Assembly: GCA_039683575.1 (NCBI GenBank)
Contig: JBDKRC010000154.1
Location: 1 to 30,048 of the forward strand
Length of the DNA: 30,048 nucleotides
Origin: Armatimonadia bacterium
GTDB lineage: Bacteria > Armatimonadota > Zipacnadia > Zipacnadales > UBA11051
Reading direction: 5' to 3'
Shown: one piece after another, positions 18,044 to 27,090 of the stretch
Layout: each line of letters starts with the position of its first letter
Position numbering within the stretch: position 1 is the stretch's first letter
The notes under the pieces: model-generated
Databases searched by the model: none
Told to the model about the DNA's origin: nothing
What the model saw: the letters and a program-made list of their open reading frames with translations, nothing else
Program-made: the position numbers and the translations under genes

Positions 18044-19666
18044 TCACGTCACCGATACCCGGCGCTCCGCCGGCAGCTTGAGGACATCCGCCATATTGAG
18101 CCCCAGCACCTTGCGCTTGTCCTCCAGCCCTATCCGCGCCCATGCCACCCAGCCAAGCTGCGGCGCGATGTCACGCATGACGCAATCCGAGCCGAACAAC
18201 AGCCGGTGTGCCCCGACTTCTTCCACGAAGTATTCAATGAATCCGTAAAGTATGGCCGTATAGGTGATCTCGGCATACACATTGTCGAAACGTTTCGCCG
18301 CCGCGGCCGCTCGCTCGGCCAGTCCCCATTCCGACCCTGCATGCGCAATGATGAACTTCGCGTTCGGGTACTTGGGTGCCAACTCCACCACGTGCTCCGC
18401 CGGCCCGGCGTGCAGCAACACCGGCGCGCCGTGCTCTTCGCACCACTGCAGCGCCAACTCGTGGCACGGGTCAATGATGGGCTTCAGTTGGCGTGGAGGA
18501 TAGGGCTTGTAGCCGACGACCTTTCCGCCCAGAAACAGCCGCTCGAACTCCTGGCGGTATAGATCGGGGTAGTTGGGGTTCAGGCACCCGTACGCCAGCA
18601 GCCGCCCCGGATAGTCTATCGTCCCTTGCACCGTCATATCGTTCGCATCGGCTCCGGCATAGGTGATACCGCTCCAACTGCTGGCGCACGTGATGTCCAC
18701 GCCCATGCGGTTCATGCTACCGACCAGGCCTTCGGGATCGTTGTACGCCAGCGCGCACTGGTTCACGCCCATGCAGCCTTTGTGCGCCAGATGCGCGTGG
18801 GCGTCGAGCACGAACTCCTGCGACAGCGGCTTACCCGCTCGGACGGTAGCCACAATCGGGTCATCCTCGGGATGCTCGGGCGGGTCAGCCAGCTTCGGCA
18901 GTGGCCGCCCCTGCGCACCGTTCACGTTCTGCAACAGCCGCAGCAGGTTCCCGCCCGCAATGTTGCGGCGGTCCTGTTCGCTGATCTGCTCATACAGCGC
19001 CATCATGCGCGCCGCCCCAGGCGACCGCAGCGGCAGGTCCGTCCCGAACAGCAGCCGCTCCGAGCCAAACGCGTCCACGAACCGCTCATAGTGCCTGTGG
19101 CCCTGGAACGCCCAGGTCTCCAGGTGGAGGTTAGGCACCTCGCCGAACCGCGCGAAGATGAGCCGGTCCGAGGCCCACGCCACTCCGCACAGTACCACCG
19201 GCAGGTCCGGATACTGCTTGGCGAGGTTGATGGTCGCGTCCAGATCAAGCTGGGCCACATCCACGAATACCGGTATCCGCGCCTCCTCCAAAGCCTTCAG
19301 CATCGGGCCAGCGACCTCGGGCGTCACAGGGAAGGTATGCGACCGGGGATAGATCCGGGCCGCGCGCACGCCCAACTGCAGCATTTCAGCCACGAGTTCG
19401 TCCGGAGGGGCCATCTCCCCGGCCCAGTGGGGGATGACAACCCATTCCGGCACAAGCTGCGGGTGATCGGCGATCTCGTCGAGCAGGACGCGGTTGCCAT
19501 AGTCCTGCGAGTACTCCACGGCATACGCATGGTGCACCAGTGCCGCGGTGATGTCGTAATACTCAAAGTCCCGCAAGTAGTCCTGCAGGGTCTCAGGCGA
19601 GGTCCGGTGACGGTATTGCCTCATGCCGATGAGGCAGTTGCAGTCAAAAAACGGTAGATTGGCCAT
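18044..19666 (-). CDS. Tandem two-domain amidohydrolase (Amidohydro_2-like)
   Basis: Two barrels, ending in RLLFGTDLP...GGN and RLLFGSDC...GLN. The first begins DCNC, the second DAHAH. Pro-rich linker between them. Confidence 0.85.
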   Translation of the reverse strand: MANLPFFDCNCLIGMRQYRHRTSPETLQDYLRDFEYYDITAALVHHAYAVEYSQDYGNRVLLDEIADHPQLVPEWVVIPHWAGEMAPPDELVAEMLQLGVRAARIYPRSHTFPVTPEVAGPMLKALEEARIPVFVDVAQLDLDATINLAKQYPDLPVVLCGVAWASDRLIFARFGEVPNLHLETWAFQGHRHYERFVDAFGSERLLFGTDLPLRSPGAARMMALYEQISEQDRRNIAGGNLLRLLQNVNGAQGRPLPKLADPPEHPEDDPIVATVRAGKPLSQEFVLDAHAHLAHKGCMGVNQCALAYNDPEGLVGSMNRMGVDITCASSWSGITYAGADANDMTVQGTIDYPGRLLAYGCLNPNYPDLYRQEFERLFLGGKVVGYKPYPPRQLKPIIDPCHELALQWCEEHGAPVLLHAGPAEHVVELAPKYPNAKFIIAHAGSEWGLAERAAAAAKRFDNVYAEITYTAILYGFIEYFVEEVGAHRLLFGSDCVMRDIAPQLGWVAWARIGLEDKRKVLGLNMADVLKLPAERRVSVT

Positions 19667-19836
19667 AGCAGAAGTTCCTCATATCAGTGTGACCGGCAGA
19701 CAATACGCACGACAACGGCGCGCGGCGCCGTGCGAATGCCATGCGGCATTGCTTGCAGCCACACTATTCATGAAGAGGATGACAAAGACCTGCGGGGATA
19801 TGTTCAAGAAGTTGGATAGCGTACCAGATGAGCTAC

Positions 19837-19900
19837 GGGTCCAGTCTGCTGTAGGGCGAAGGACGCCCGCGTCGCTTCGCCCTACAGCCGGACTGGACTC
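19837..19900. repeat. Long hairpin with GTAG-type REP-like core
   Basis: GTCCAGTC..GCTGTAGGGCGAAG-GACGC-cc-GCGTC-g-CTTCGCCCTACAGC..GACTGGAC, abutting the M28 stop codon. Confidence 0.75.
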
Positions 19901-20900
19901 AATCTCCCCAAATGTACCGCGCCAGCGTGTCCCCTGTCTGATACAGCGCCGCAGCCGAGCAGTTGGCGGGCGTGTCATCGATCGTGTGCCATTCCGGCGG
20001 CGGGAAATCTATGATGTCGATGACCTTGATGCCCCCGGCATTCAGCGGGAGGTGGTCGTCCGTGATGCTGCTGCCGGTTGTGCGCTTGAAGGCTGTGTGG
20101 CCGCGCTCATCGGCGATGGTCCACAGGGCGGACACCAGCGTCGGATTATAGTTCTGTGAATTCCGCTCGATGGGGAAATCCAGGATGTTATTGCCGCCAA
20201 ACCGCGGCGGGCAACGTGGATTCGCCACATCGTCCCCGCCCACGAGGTCCAAGAGCACGCCTTCGGTGGGCTTGGCCAGCGCTGACGGCCAGTGGGTCGC
20301 GAGGTACTTCGCTCCGAGGCAGAAGCCCGAATACAGCTCGCCGGAGCCACTCTGGCCGCTGTCTTCGGCATCGAGCATAGCAATAATGATCGGCCGCGGC
20401 GGCGGGTTGGTGGCCATCAGTCGCGCCAGCTCCAGCAGTACCGCCACGCCAGAGGCCCCGTCGTTGGCTCCGGGCACGGGCTTGTCCTGGTTGGCCGGAT
20501 CTGGGTCTTCATCCGCCTTCGGGCGGCAGTCCCAGTGGGCACAGAGCAGGAACGGCACGCCCGGCTTGTCTTTCCCGTAGATCGCCAGGACGTTGGTGAA
20601 GTTGTATGGCCCCCCGAAGGTGGTTGACGATTCGAATGGCTGCTGCACAACCTGGTCGGCCGTCCCAAGCTGCTGCACCAGCCACGCCAGACAGTTGGCA
20701 TGGGCCTGACTGCCCGGAATCCGTGGGCCAAACTCACACTGCCGCTCCAGGTCCGCGAAGGCCCGCGTCGAATCGAACTCCACTGTGGTCTGAGGTGGGG
20801 GATTATTGTCATCTTGTTTCCCTGCTCCGCCCCCACAGGAGGTGCAGCCTGTGACCAGCAGCAATAGAAACAGCAGCCAGATAGCCTTGTAACGTGCCAT
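19899..20900 (-). CDS. M28-family lipoprotein, glutaminyl cyclase-like
   Basis: Lipobox LVTG|C. GPRIPGS, AHWDCRPKAD, GANDGASG, DAED, LLDLVG, DDH, WHTIDD. GGAG RBS. Confidence 0.85.
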   Translation of the reverse strand: MARYKAIWLLFLLLLVTGCTSCGGGAGKQDDNNPPPQTTVEFDSTRAFADLERQCEFGPRIPGSQAHANCLAWLVQQLGTADQVVQQPFESSTTFGGPYNFTNVLAIYGKDKPGVPFLLCAHWDCRPKADEDPDPANQDKPVPGANDGASGVAVLLELARLMATNPPPRPIIIAMLDAEDSGQSGSGELYSGFCLGAKYLATHWPSALAKPTEGVLLDLVGGDDVANPRCPPRFGGNNILDFPIERNSQNYNPTLVSALWTIADERGHTAFKRTTGSSITDDHLPLNAGGIKVIDIIDFPPPEWHTIDDTPANCSAAALYQTGDTLARYIWGD

Positions 20901-20923
20901 GAATTGCTCCGTCATTCGATCGT

Positions 20924-20949
20924 TGCAGGCGAGACGCCTGCACTACGCG
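20924..20949 (-). repeat. Single GTAG-type REP unit
   Basis: Minus strand CGCGTAG-TGCAGGCG-tct-CGCCTGCA, in the divergent intergenic region. Confidence 0.75.
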
Positions 20950-20999
20950 AGTTGACTGTTCCCTCACCACCCCGGCCACACCTGCAAAGGAGACTCCCC

Positions 21000-22250
21000 A
21001 TGTCCATCTCTCTACAACAACAATTGCTGGCCGAGATTGGCTCCTGGGAAATCATTGACTGCCATGAGCATCTCGCCGAGGAGCGCTATCGGCTCGAGAA
21101 GCCCGTGGATGCCCTCACATTCTTCGGCCACTACACCCACAACGACCTCATCACCGCCGGGATGAACCGCGAGGACTACGACCGCCTTTTCGACCATTCC
21201 CTGCCCCTTGACGAGCGCTGGCAGCTTGTGAAGCCCTACTGGGCGCGCATCCGCTTCACCGGCTATGCCAGGGCCATCAGGATCGCGCTGCCGCACTTCT
21301 ATGGGTTCGACGACCTCACCGACGAGACCATAGGCCCCATCACCGAGCGCATGCAGGCGAACAACACCCCGGGCCTGTACAATCGCGTGCTGCGTGAGGC
21401 CTGTCGCATACGGCTGTGTCTCACCCAGGTCGGCCGCATCCCCGATGACAACCACGACCTGCTCGTGCCGATCCTGCCGCTTGGCAACCTGGCTCATCTC
21501 CCCGACCGTGCCGCTCTCGAAGCCCGGGCCGCCGTCCATGGGATCACATGCACTTCAAACCTCGCTCTGAAGGACCTCCTCCGCGCCGAACTGCGCCATC
21601 TCCGCCAGCAGGGCGTCGTCGGCCTGAAGATGGTCAGCCACCTCGCTCCCGAACAGCCCGACCAGTCCGCGGTCAATTCCGCCTTCTCAGCCCTGCTTGA
21701 GGATCGCCAGCACGATGCGCCCGCTCTGCAGGCCTTCCTGCAACACGAACTGCTCGAAGCTGCGGCGGACGAGAATCTCGTCGTAGCGGTCCACTGCGGC
21801 CTGATCTGGAGCAACTGGGGAGACTTCACCGCCACCAACCCGCTCAACATGGTTCCGCTCCTCCTCGCGCACCGCCGTACCCGCTTTGACCTGTATCATG
21901 CCGGCCTCCCCTGGATACGCGAGACCGGCGTCATCGGCAAGACCTTTCCGAACGTCTGGCTCAACCTCTGCTGGACCCACATCATCTCCCCGCAGATGTC
22001 CATCTCCGCACTCAACGAGTGGCTCGACCTCGTGCCCTACAACAAGATTCTCGGCTTTGGTGGCGACTACGGCGTGCCGATAGAGAAGGTGTACGGTCAT
22101 CTGCAACTCGCCCTGCAGGACATTTCCACAGTGCTGGCCTCGCGCATCGAGAGCGGCTGGATGACCGAGGAAGAAGCCCTCCAGGTCGCGCACGGCTGGC
22201 TCTGGGGCAATCCGGTCGAGCTGTATTCACTGGAGAGGTTCTTGAAGTAG
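21000..22250 (+). CDS. Amidohydrolase superfamily protein (uronate isomerase-like)
   Basis: IIDCHEH, GLK, VAVHCG, FDLYHAG, NLCW, KILGFGGDY. AAGGAG RBS before ATG 21000. Confidence 0.82.
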   Translation: MSISLQQQLLAEIGSWEIIDCHEHLAEERYRLEKPVDALTFFGHYTHNDLITAGMNREDYDRLFDHSLPLDERWQLVKPYWARIRFTGYARAIRIALPHFYGFDDLTDETIGPITERMQANNTPGLYNRVLREACRIRLCLTQVGRIPDDNHDLLVPILPLGNLAHLPDRAALEARAAVHGITCTSNLALKDLLRAELRHLRQQGVVGLKMVSHLAPEQPDQSAVNSAFSALLEDRQHDAPALQAFLQHELLEAAADENLVVAVHCGLIWSNWGDFTATNPLNMVPLLLAHRRTRFDLYHAGLPWIRETGVIGKTFPNVWLNLCWTHIISPQMSISALNEWLDLVPYNKILGFGGDYGVPIEKVYGHLQLALQDISTVLASRIESGWMTEEEALQVAHGWLWGNPVELYSLERFLK

Positions 22251-22306
22251 ATGATGATGCTGATGGAACATATACGGAGTCAGAACTGTCACCATAGCTG
22301 AGCGGA

Positions 22307-22386
22307 CTGTGGGGCGGGGGCTCGCACCCCGCCGCATCGCTGGTCGGAGATAACGGACGGCGGGGTACGAGCCTCCCGCCCTACAG
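22307..22386. repeat. GTAG/GTGG REP doublet (REPIN-like)
   Basis: CTGTGGGGCGGGGGCTCGCACCCCGCCG (22307-22334) and inverted CTGTAGGGCGGGAGGCTCGTACCCCGCCG (22358-22386). Confidence 0.8.
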
Positions 22387-22442
22387 AAGATCATCAGGCG
22401 TGAACCGTTGGGGCCCTCTCACACACTCTCCGGGGGTGGCAC

Positions 22443-23588
22443 ATGCTCCACCTGCTGCGGTTCAGTCGCAAGTCCCACCAACCGTCCTCCGACGCGCTAA
22501 CTGTCCCGCCTCCGCGGAACCTCCGCCACGTCGGCCGGGCGCTCTTTCACTGGCGCATCCTTACCCCCTTCTATCAGCAACTAGCCGCGCTGCTCTCACA
22601 GGGCCGCCCGCTGCCTGAGGCGCTCCGCCTTGCCACGGCCGAAACCCCCAACCCGCGCCTGCGCATGGCTCTCAAGGAGATCAGCGCTGAAATCGAGAGC
22701 GGCAGTAGCCTCCACGACGCCATGGCCCGCCGACCGCATATCTTTCCCGATCTCACCATCAACACCATCGCCGCCGCCGAGACTGCCGGGGCACTGGCCG
22801 AAGCGCTCGACCAGCTCGCGGCCCGCCAACGCCAGATGGAGCAGGTGGTCGGCCAAATTGCCCCCTACGTGCTTTACCCCGCCTTGCTTGCCGGCCTTAT
22901 TGTCTTCGAACTACTCTTCATCATCAGCTTCATCTTCCCCAAGTACATGCAGCTCTATCAGGAATTGGGGATGACCTCCGAGAGCCTGCCGTGGATCACG
23001 CGGGTGATCTACCCGCTCTTGCAGGCTCTTCTGCCCTTCCTGTGGGCCCTCATACTTGTTGTGCTCGTGGGCATAGCCACCTGGTCGCTGTGGGCGCAGG
23101 TAGCGCGTGGCAACTTCCGCCTGCAACTGCTCAGGATACGCCTGCCCATTTTCGGCCGGCTGACCCAGCAGTTCGCTCTTGGCCGCGCCGCCTCCGCGCT
23201 CACGGTCCTGCTCGGTCATCGCGTTCGCCTCGACCAAGCTCTGAGGCTCGCCGGAGCCGCCTCCGATGACCTGCTCGTCGACATGGCTTTCCGCCAGGCC
23301 GCGCTGGATGTTGCCGAGGGGCGCCCCCTGACCGAGGCTCTGCGCACCACGAACCTTCTTCCCGAAGACTTCGTCGCCGACGCCGCTGCCGCCGAGGCCT
23401 CTGGCATTCTGCCCCAGCGGCTACGCGACCTGAGCGATTCCTACTGGCAGCAGGCGATCGTCCGCGCCCGTACCTGGCCGATGGTCGCCGCACCATTCGC
23501 AATACTGGGCCTCGGTGTCATGCTCGCTATCGTTGGCCTGTCCATCTTCACCCCGCTTATCGCCATTATCGGCCAGTTGTCAGGATAG
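22443..23588 (+). CDS. Type II secretion/type IV pilus platform protein (GspF/PilC family)
   Basis: Two T2SSF repeats (FYQQLAALLSQGRPLPEAL...IESGSSLHDAM...AAETAGAL; VAEGRPLTEAL...AEASGIL), YP motif and three hydrophobic segments. Confidence 0.9.
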   Translation: MLHLLRFSRKSHQPSSDALTVPPPRNLRHVGRALFHWRILTPFYQQLAALLSQGRPLPEALRLATAETPNPRLRMALKEISAEIESGSSLHDAMARRPHIFPDLTINTIAAAETAGALAEALDQLAARQRQMEQVVGQIAPYVLYPALLAGLIVFELLFIISFIFPKYMQLYQELGMTSESLPWITRVIYPLLQALLPFLWALILVVLVGIATWSLWAQVARGNFRLQLLRIRLPIFGRLTQQFALGRAASALTVLLGHRVRLDQALRLAGAASDDLLVDMAFRQAALDVAEGRPLTEALRTTNLLPEDFVADAAAAEASGILPQRLRDLSDSYWQQAIVRARTWPMVAAPFAILGLGVMLAIVGLSIFTPLIAIIGQLSG

Positions 23589-23621
23589 TCGCAGTCGGCC
23601 CTTTTCCCAGGGAGGTCTCAC

Positions 23622-25190
23622 ATGGACGCCCAGCCCGACGAACTGCTCAACGGCTCTGCCTACACGCTCCGTCTCGGTGCGGATGACCTGGCGCTCAGTC
23701 CCCGCGCCCGTCGCCGCGCGAAGGCTCGTGCCGCCGAGACGCTCACCGCCGAGCCTCCCGGCCTTGCCAGCGATCAGGCGACCTACGCGGCCGTCGCGCG
23801 CCCGTCGCTGATCTCCCGCCGCGACTTGCAGGTAGTGTTCAACGACGGCCGCCCCGACTGGCTCGTAAGGGGCCTGCTCGAACCAGAAGCCCGCTGGGCC
23901 GAGCGCATCATCGCCACTCGCGCGGAGCGGGCCCGGCTCTCCAAGTCGCCCATCTTCCAGCGCGCCCTGCCACCAGCGGAGCTCAAGTCCGCACTGAGCG
24001 AACTCGCGGCCGCTGAGTCCGGCGACGGCGTCATCCTGGCCGATGCCCTGCTCCTGCAGGCCGTCTGGCAGCGCGCTACCGACCTCCACCTTTCCATCCG
24101 CCAGGACACTCTCGACGTCGCCTATCGCGTGGACGGGCAACTCCAGCAGATGGCGTCTCTGTGCGGTCCCGCAGCGCGCCGGGTCCCGGCTCGACTGAAA
24201 GTCATGGCCAACGCCCCCGCCTACGGCACCCGCGAGCCCATAACTGGGCACATTCGCATCCGCGTCGACAACCGGGACATAGACAGCCGCCTGACTTCGG
24301 CGCCCACGACGGACGGCGAGAAGGTCACCCTGCGCCTGTTCGACCCCGCCACCCGCGTGCAGAAGCTCTCGGAGTTAGGCTTTGAACCCTCCGCCCTGCA
24401 AGCCTATCAGGCCTTGCTCGCCCAGCCGCAGGGCTGCGTCCTGCTCACCGGACCCGCAGGGGCTGGCAAATCCACAACCATGTACGCCTCACTCGAAGAG
24501 ATCAAACGTCTCGCCCCCTGGCGCAACATCGCTACCATTGAAGAGCCCGTCGAGTTCAACCTCGAGGGCATCGACCAGACTGACATCAACCGCGACACCG
24601 GCTTCGACTTCGCCGCCGCGTTGCGCGTCATTCTCCGCCAGGACCCGCAGGTCATCATGGTCGGCGAAATCCGCGACCCCGAAACCGCCGCCATCGCCAT
24701 CCAGGCGGGCCTGACGGGCCACCTGATCTTCAGTACGGTCCACGCCCCCGACACGGTCGGCGTCTTCGCGCGCCTGCTGGAACTGGGCGTGGAGCCCTAC
24801 CTGCTCGCTTCCGCGGTCACCACGGTGATATCCCAGCGCCTCGTGCGCAAAGTCTGCACCGCCTGCGCCACGCCTTACGACGCCTCGCCACAGGACTTGG
24901 AGGCCGCCGGCCTTTCTGTTGAGGACCTCGGAGGCGCGACGCTCCTGCGCACGCGGTCATGCGAAGCCTGCAGTGATGGCTACTCAGGTCGCACTGGCGT
25001 CTTCGAGATGCTCACGGTCACACCTGAGTTGCGCCGCGCGGTCCTGGAACGTCGCCCAGTCCACGAGCTACAGGAGTTGGCGAGGTCTCAGGGCCACCAG
25101 GACCTGTGGCAAGCCGGCCTGCAGAAGCTCCAGCGCGGCGAGACCACGCTGGATGAGCTTGTGCGCGTACTCGGCAGGCGCGGAGCCTGA
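23622..25190 (+). CDS. GspE/PilB family assembly ATPase
   Basis: ATDLHL, YRVDG, Walker A GPAGAGKST, TIEEPVE, LRQDPQVIMVGEIRD, TGHLIFSTVH, CxxC..CxxC. GGAGG RBS. Confidence 0.94.
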   Translation: MDAQPDELLNGSAYTLRLGADDLALSPRARRRAKARAAETLTAEPPGLASDQATYAAVARPSLISRRDLQVVFNDGRPDWLVRGLLEPEARWAERIIATRAERARLSKSPIFQRALPPAELKSALSELAAAESGDGVILADALLLQAVWQRATDLHLSIRQDTLDVAYRVDGQLQQMASLCGPAARRVPARLKVMANAPAYGTREPITGHIRIRVDNRDIDSRLTSAPTTDGEKVTLRLFDPATRVQKLSELGFEPSALQAYQALLAQPQGCVLLTGPAGAGKSTTMYASLEEIKRLAPWRNIATIEEPVEFNLEGIDQTDINRDTGFDFAAALRVILRQDPQVIMVGEIRDPETAAIAIQAGLTGHLIFSTVHAPDTVGVFARLLELGVEPYLLASAVTTVISQRLVRKVCTACATPYDASPQDLEAAGLSVEDLGGATLLRTRSCEACSDGYSGRTGVFEMLTVTPELRRAVLERRPVHELQELARSQGHQDLWQAGLQKLQRGETTLDELVRVLGRRGA

Positions 25191-25277
25191 CCAATTGCTG
25201 TCGCACAAGCGGCATCCAGCCGCCACGCCCTACCGCTCGTACGGCCTGACAGCGGGCGCTTCCCTTACCAGGCAACC

Positions 25278-25670
25278 ATGCCCACCATCCGCCACCACAA
25301 CTCCGGCGCCGCCCTGATCAGCGTACTCACCGCGCTGGGCTTCACACTGCTCGCCGGGACGATGCTCGCGCAGGCTTACCTGCAACTCTCCCATACGCTC
25401 GATGCCCAGACCGTCCGCACCCGCGCCCTCGCCATGGCCCAGGAGCAGATCGAACTGACCCGCGCACGGGGCTACAGCGCCCTGCCCGCGGTCGGCAACC
25501 ACGCCCTGCCGCCGCGCGGTGGTCTCTCGCGCTGGACTATCGTCGCGCTCGGCCCGGTTCCCGACAGCCGCACCGTTACCGCCTGGGTGAGCTGGCCCCC
25601 CGGAGACGGGCGCCCCGCCGGTCGCGTGGTCCTGACCACGATCCTCGCCCGCCGGGGGATGGCGCCATGA
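25278..25670 (+). CDS. Minor pilin-like protein (PilV/GspI-like)
   Basis: SG|AALISVLTALG hydrophobic helix, ALAMAQEQIE, VTAWVSW. Ser rather than Glu at +5. Confidence 0.65.
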   Translation: MPTIRHHNSGAALISVLTALGFTLLAGTMLAQAYLQLSHTLDAQTVRTRALAMAQEQIELTRARGYSALPAVGNHALPPRGGLSRWTIVALGPVPDSRTVTAWVSWPPGDGRPAGRVVLTTILARRGMAP

Positions 25671-26032
25671 GACGCGGCTATACCATTATCGAGCTTCTCA
25701 CGGCCATTGGCGTTCTGTCGGTGCTGCTGTCAATGATGCTGAGCTTCCTGTTCGCCTCCGACCGCGCTTCCGAGCGTCTCGCGGTCCGTTCTGCCCGTCA
25801 GGGCAATACCGCCGCACTGCTGAGCGACCTGTCGCAGGACCTGCGTGAGGGCACCCTCAGTCGCGGTGCAACCTGGACCCAATCCGCCACCGGAGCGACT
25901 CGCACCGCTTCCGGCGACATCCGTACCTATCCCGGCTGCCGTTACAGCCTCACCCGTAGCGGCCGTCTCGCCAGTTTGACCGTCACCTGCGGCCAGGAAC
26001 GCCTGCAAACCACGATCTTCGTGCGCAACTGA
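25667..26032 (+). CDS. Prepilin-type protein (PilW/GspJ-like, short)
   Basis: MRRG|YTIIELL class III signal, LSQDLRE. ATGA overlap with the previous gene. Confidence 0.8.
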   Translation: MRRGYTIIELLTAIGVLSVLLSMMLSFLFASDRASERLAVRSARQGNTAALLSDLSQDLREGTLSRGATWTQSATGATRTASGDIRTYPGCRYSLTRSGRLASLTVTCGQERLQTTIFVRN

Positions 26033-26034
26033 CC

Positions 26035-26481
26035 ATGAACCGTCCCACCCTCCACAACCGGCGCGGCTATGTTGGCCTGACACTCGCCCTGTCGATGCTC
26101 CTGCTCGTCTTCATCATGGTCAGCACCAGCATGCTACACACCGCGACGGGCCTGATGCAGTCCAGCCGCGCCCGCCACTCCGTCGAGGCCCTGTACGCAG
26201 CCGAGGGCGGCCTGGATGTCGCGTTGCAGTCCCGCACGCAAGGCATTCTGTGGGGGAGAGTGGGGGAGGGGCGGTACCTAGCGCAGGTAACCCAGCAGCG
26301 GATTGTCTGTCTCGGCCTCGCCCCTCAGGCCACCGGCACGCCTGTCTACGCCGCTATCACCGTCAGTGTCTCCGGCGGCAGGCCCGTCAGGGGCACCTGG
26401 CGCCGCGAACCTCCCGGCCGCTATCCAGACCTCATGCGCCAGCTGTCGGACATTACCGCCCGCAAGGGGGCGACACCATGA
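26035..26481 (+). CDS. PilX/GspK-like minor pilin
   Basis: RRG|YVGLTLAL lacking Glu5, followed by ALYAAEGGLD, typical of the PilX N-terminus. Confidence 0.72.
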   Translation: MNRPTLHNRRGYVGLTLALSMLLLVFIMVSTSMLHTATGLMQSSRARHSVEALYAAEGGLDVALQSRTQGILWGRVGEGRYLAQVTQQRIVCLGLAPQATGTPVYAAITVSVSGGRPVRGTWRREPPGRYPDLMRQLSDITARKGATP

Positions 26482-27086
26482 ATCGCCGCGGCTTCACCTT
26501 CATTGAACTCATAACCGTCTGGGCGATTATCGCCATTCTGGCCGCGATACTCTTCCCAGTCTTCGCCAAAGCCCGCGAGAAGGCGCGCCAGTGCGCTTGC
26601 CTGCAGAACCTCCACAACATTGGCGCGGCCATGCGCATGTATGCGGCTGACAACCACGGCCACTTCCCGCCGGTGAACAACGACTTCAGCCAGATTCTGC
26701 CCCGCTACTTACCCGACCGGGCTGCGCTCGTCTGCCCGACGCTGCACGGCCTCAAGCCCTTCGAGTACCCGCCGCCGAGCCCGGATGAACTGCTGCGGCG
26801 CGCCAGCCACTACGACTATGTCTATCAGGCAGGCCGCGCCGACGATGACAGCCCGCAGGAAGTGCTGGCGTCCGATGTCCTAAATGATCTGCACAATGGC
26901 GGGGCCAACTACCTGTGGGTGGACGGGCGGGCAAAGTGGCTCTATCAGGGGGCCTCGAGTTCAGGTGGCCCGACAGGCGACTACGTGGGGCAGAACGTGC
27001 AGATAATGGACCAGCTTCGTGTTGCGCGTAGCGGCAGGGCATACCTTAAGGCCCCTGAGCCGCCGCGCGGGTATTCGGATGAGTAA
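26478..27086 (+). CDS. DUF1559/H-X9-DG prepilin-like protein
   Basis: MNRRG|FTFIEL...AILFPVFAKAREKARQCACLQNL...CP...HNGGANYLWVDG. ATGA overlap. Confidence 0.9.
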   Translation: MNRRGFTFIELITVWAIIAILAAILFPVFAKAREKARQCACLQNLHNIGAAMRMYAADNHGHFPPVNNDFSQILPRYLPDRAALVCPTLHGLKPFEYPPPSPDELLRRASHYDYVYQAGRADDDSPQEVLASDVLNDLHNGGANYLWVDGRAKWLYQGASSSGGPTGDYVGQNVQIMDQLRVARSGRAYLKAPEPPRGYSDE

Positions 27087-27090
27087 CGCC

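Noticed and set aside
19667-19836. Small RNA or small ORF in the intergenic region
   Set aside because: Only short hairpins, with no recognisable RNA family or supported ORF.
25191-25277. c-di-GMP-I (GEMM) riboswitch before the pilin genes
   Set aside because: Lacks the GGCAAA, GAAA tetraloop and GACGCAAAG hallmarks.
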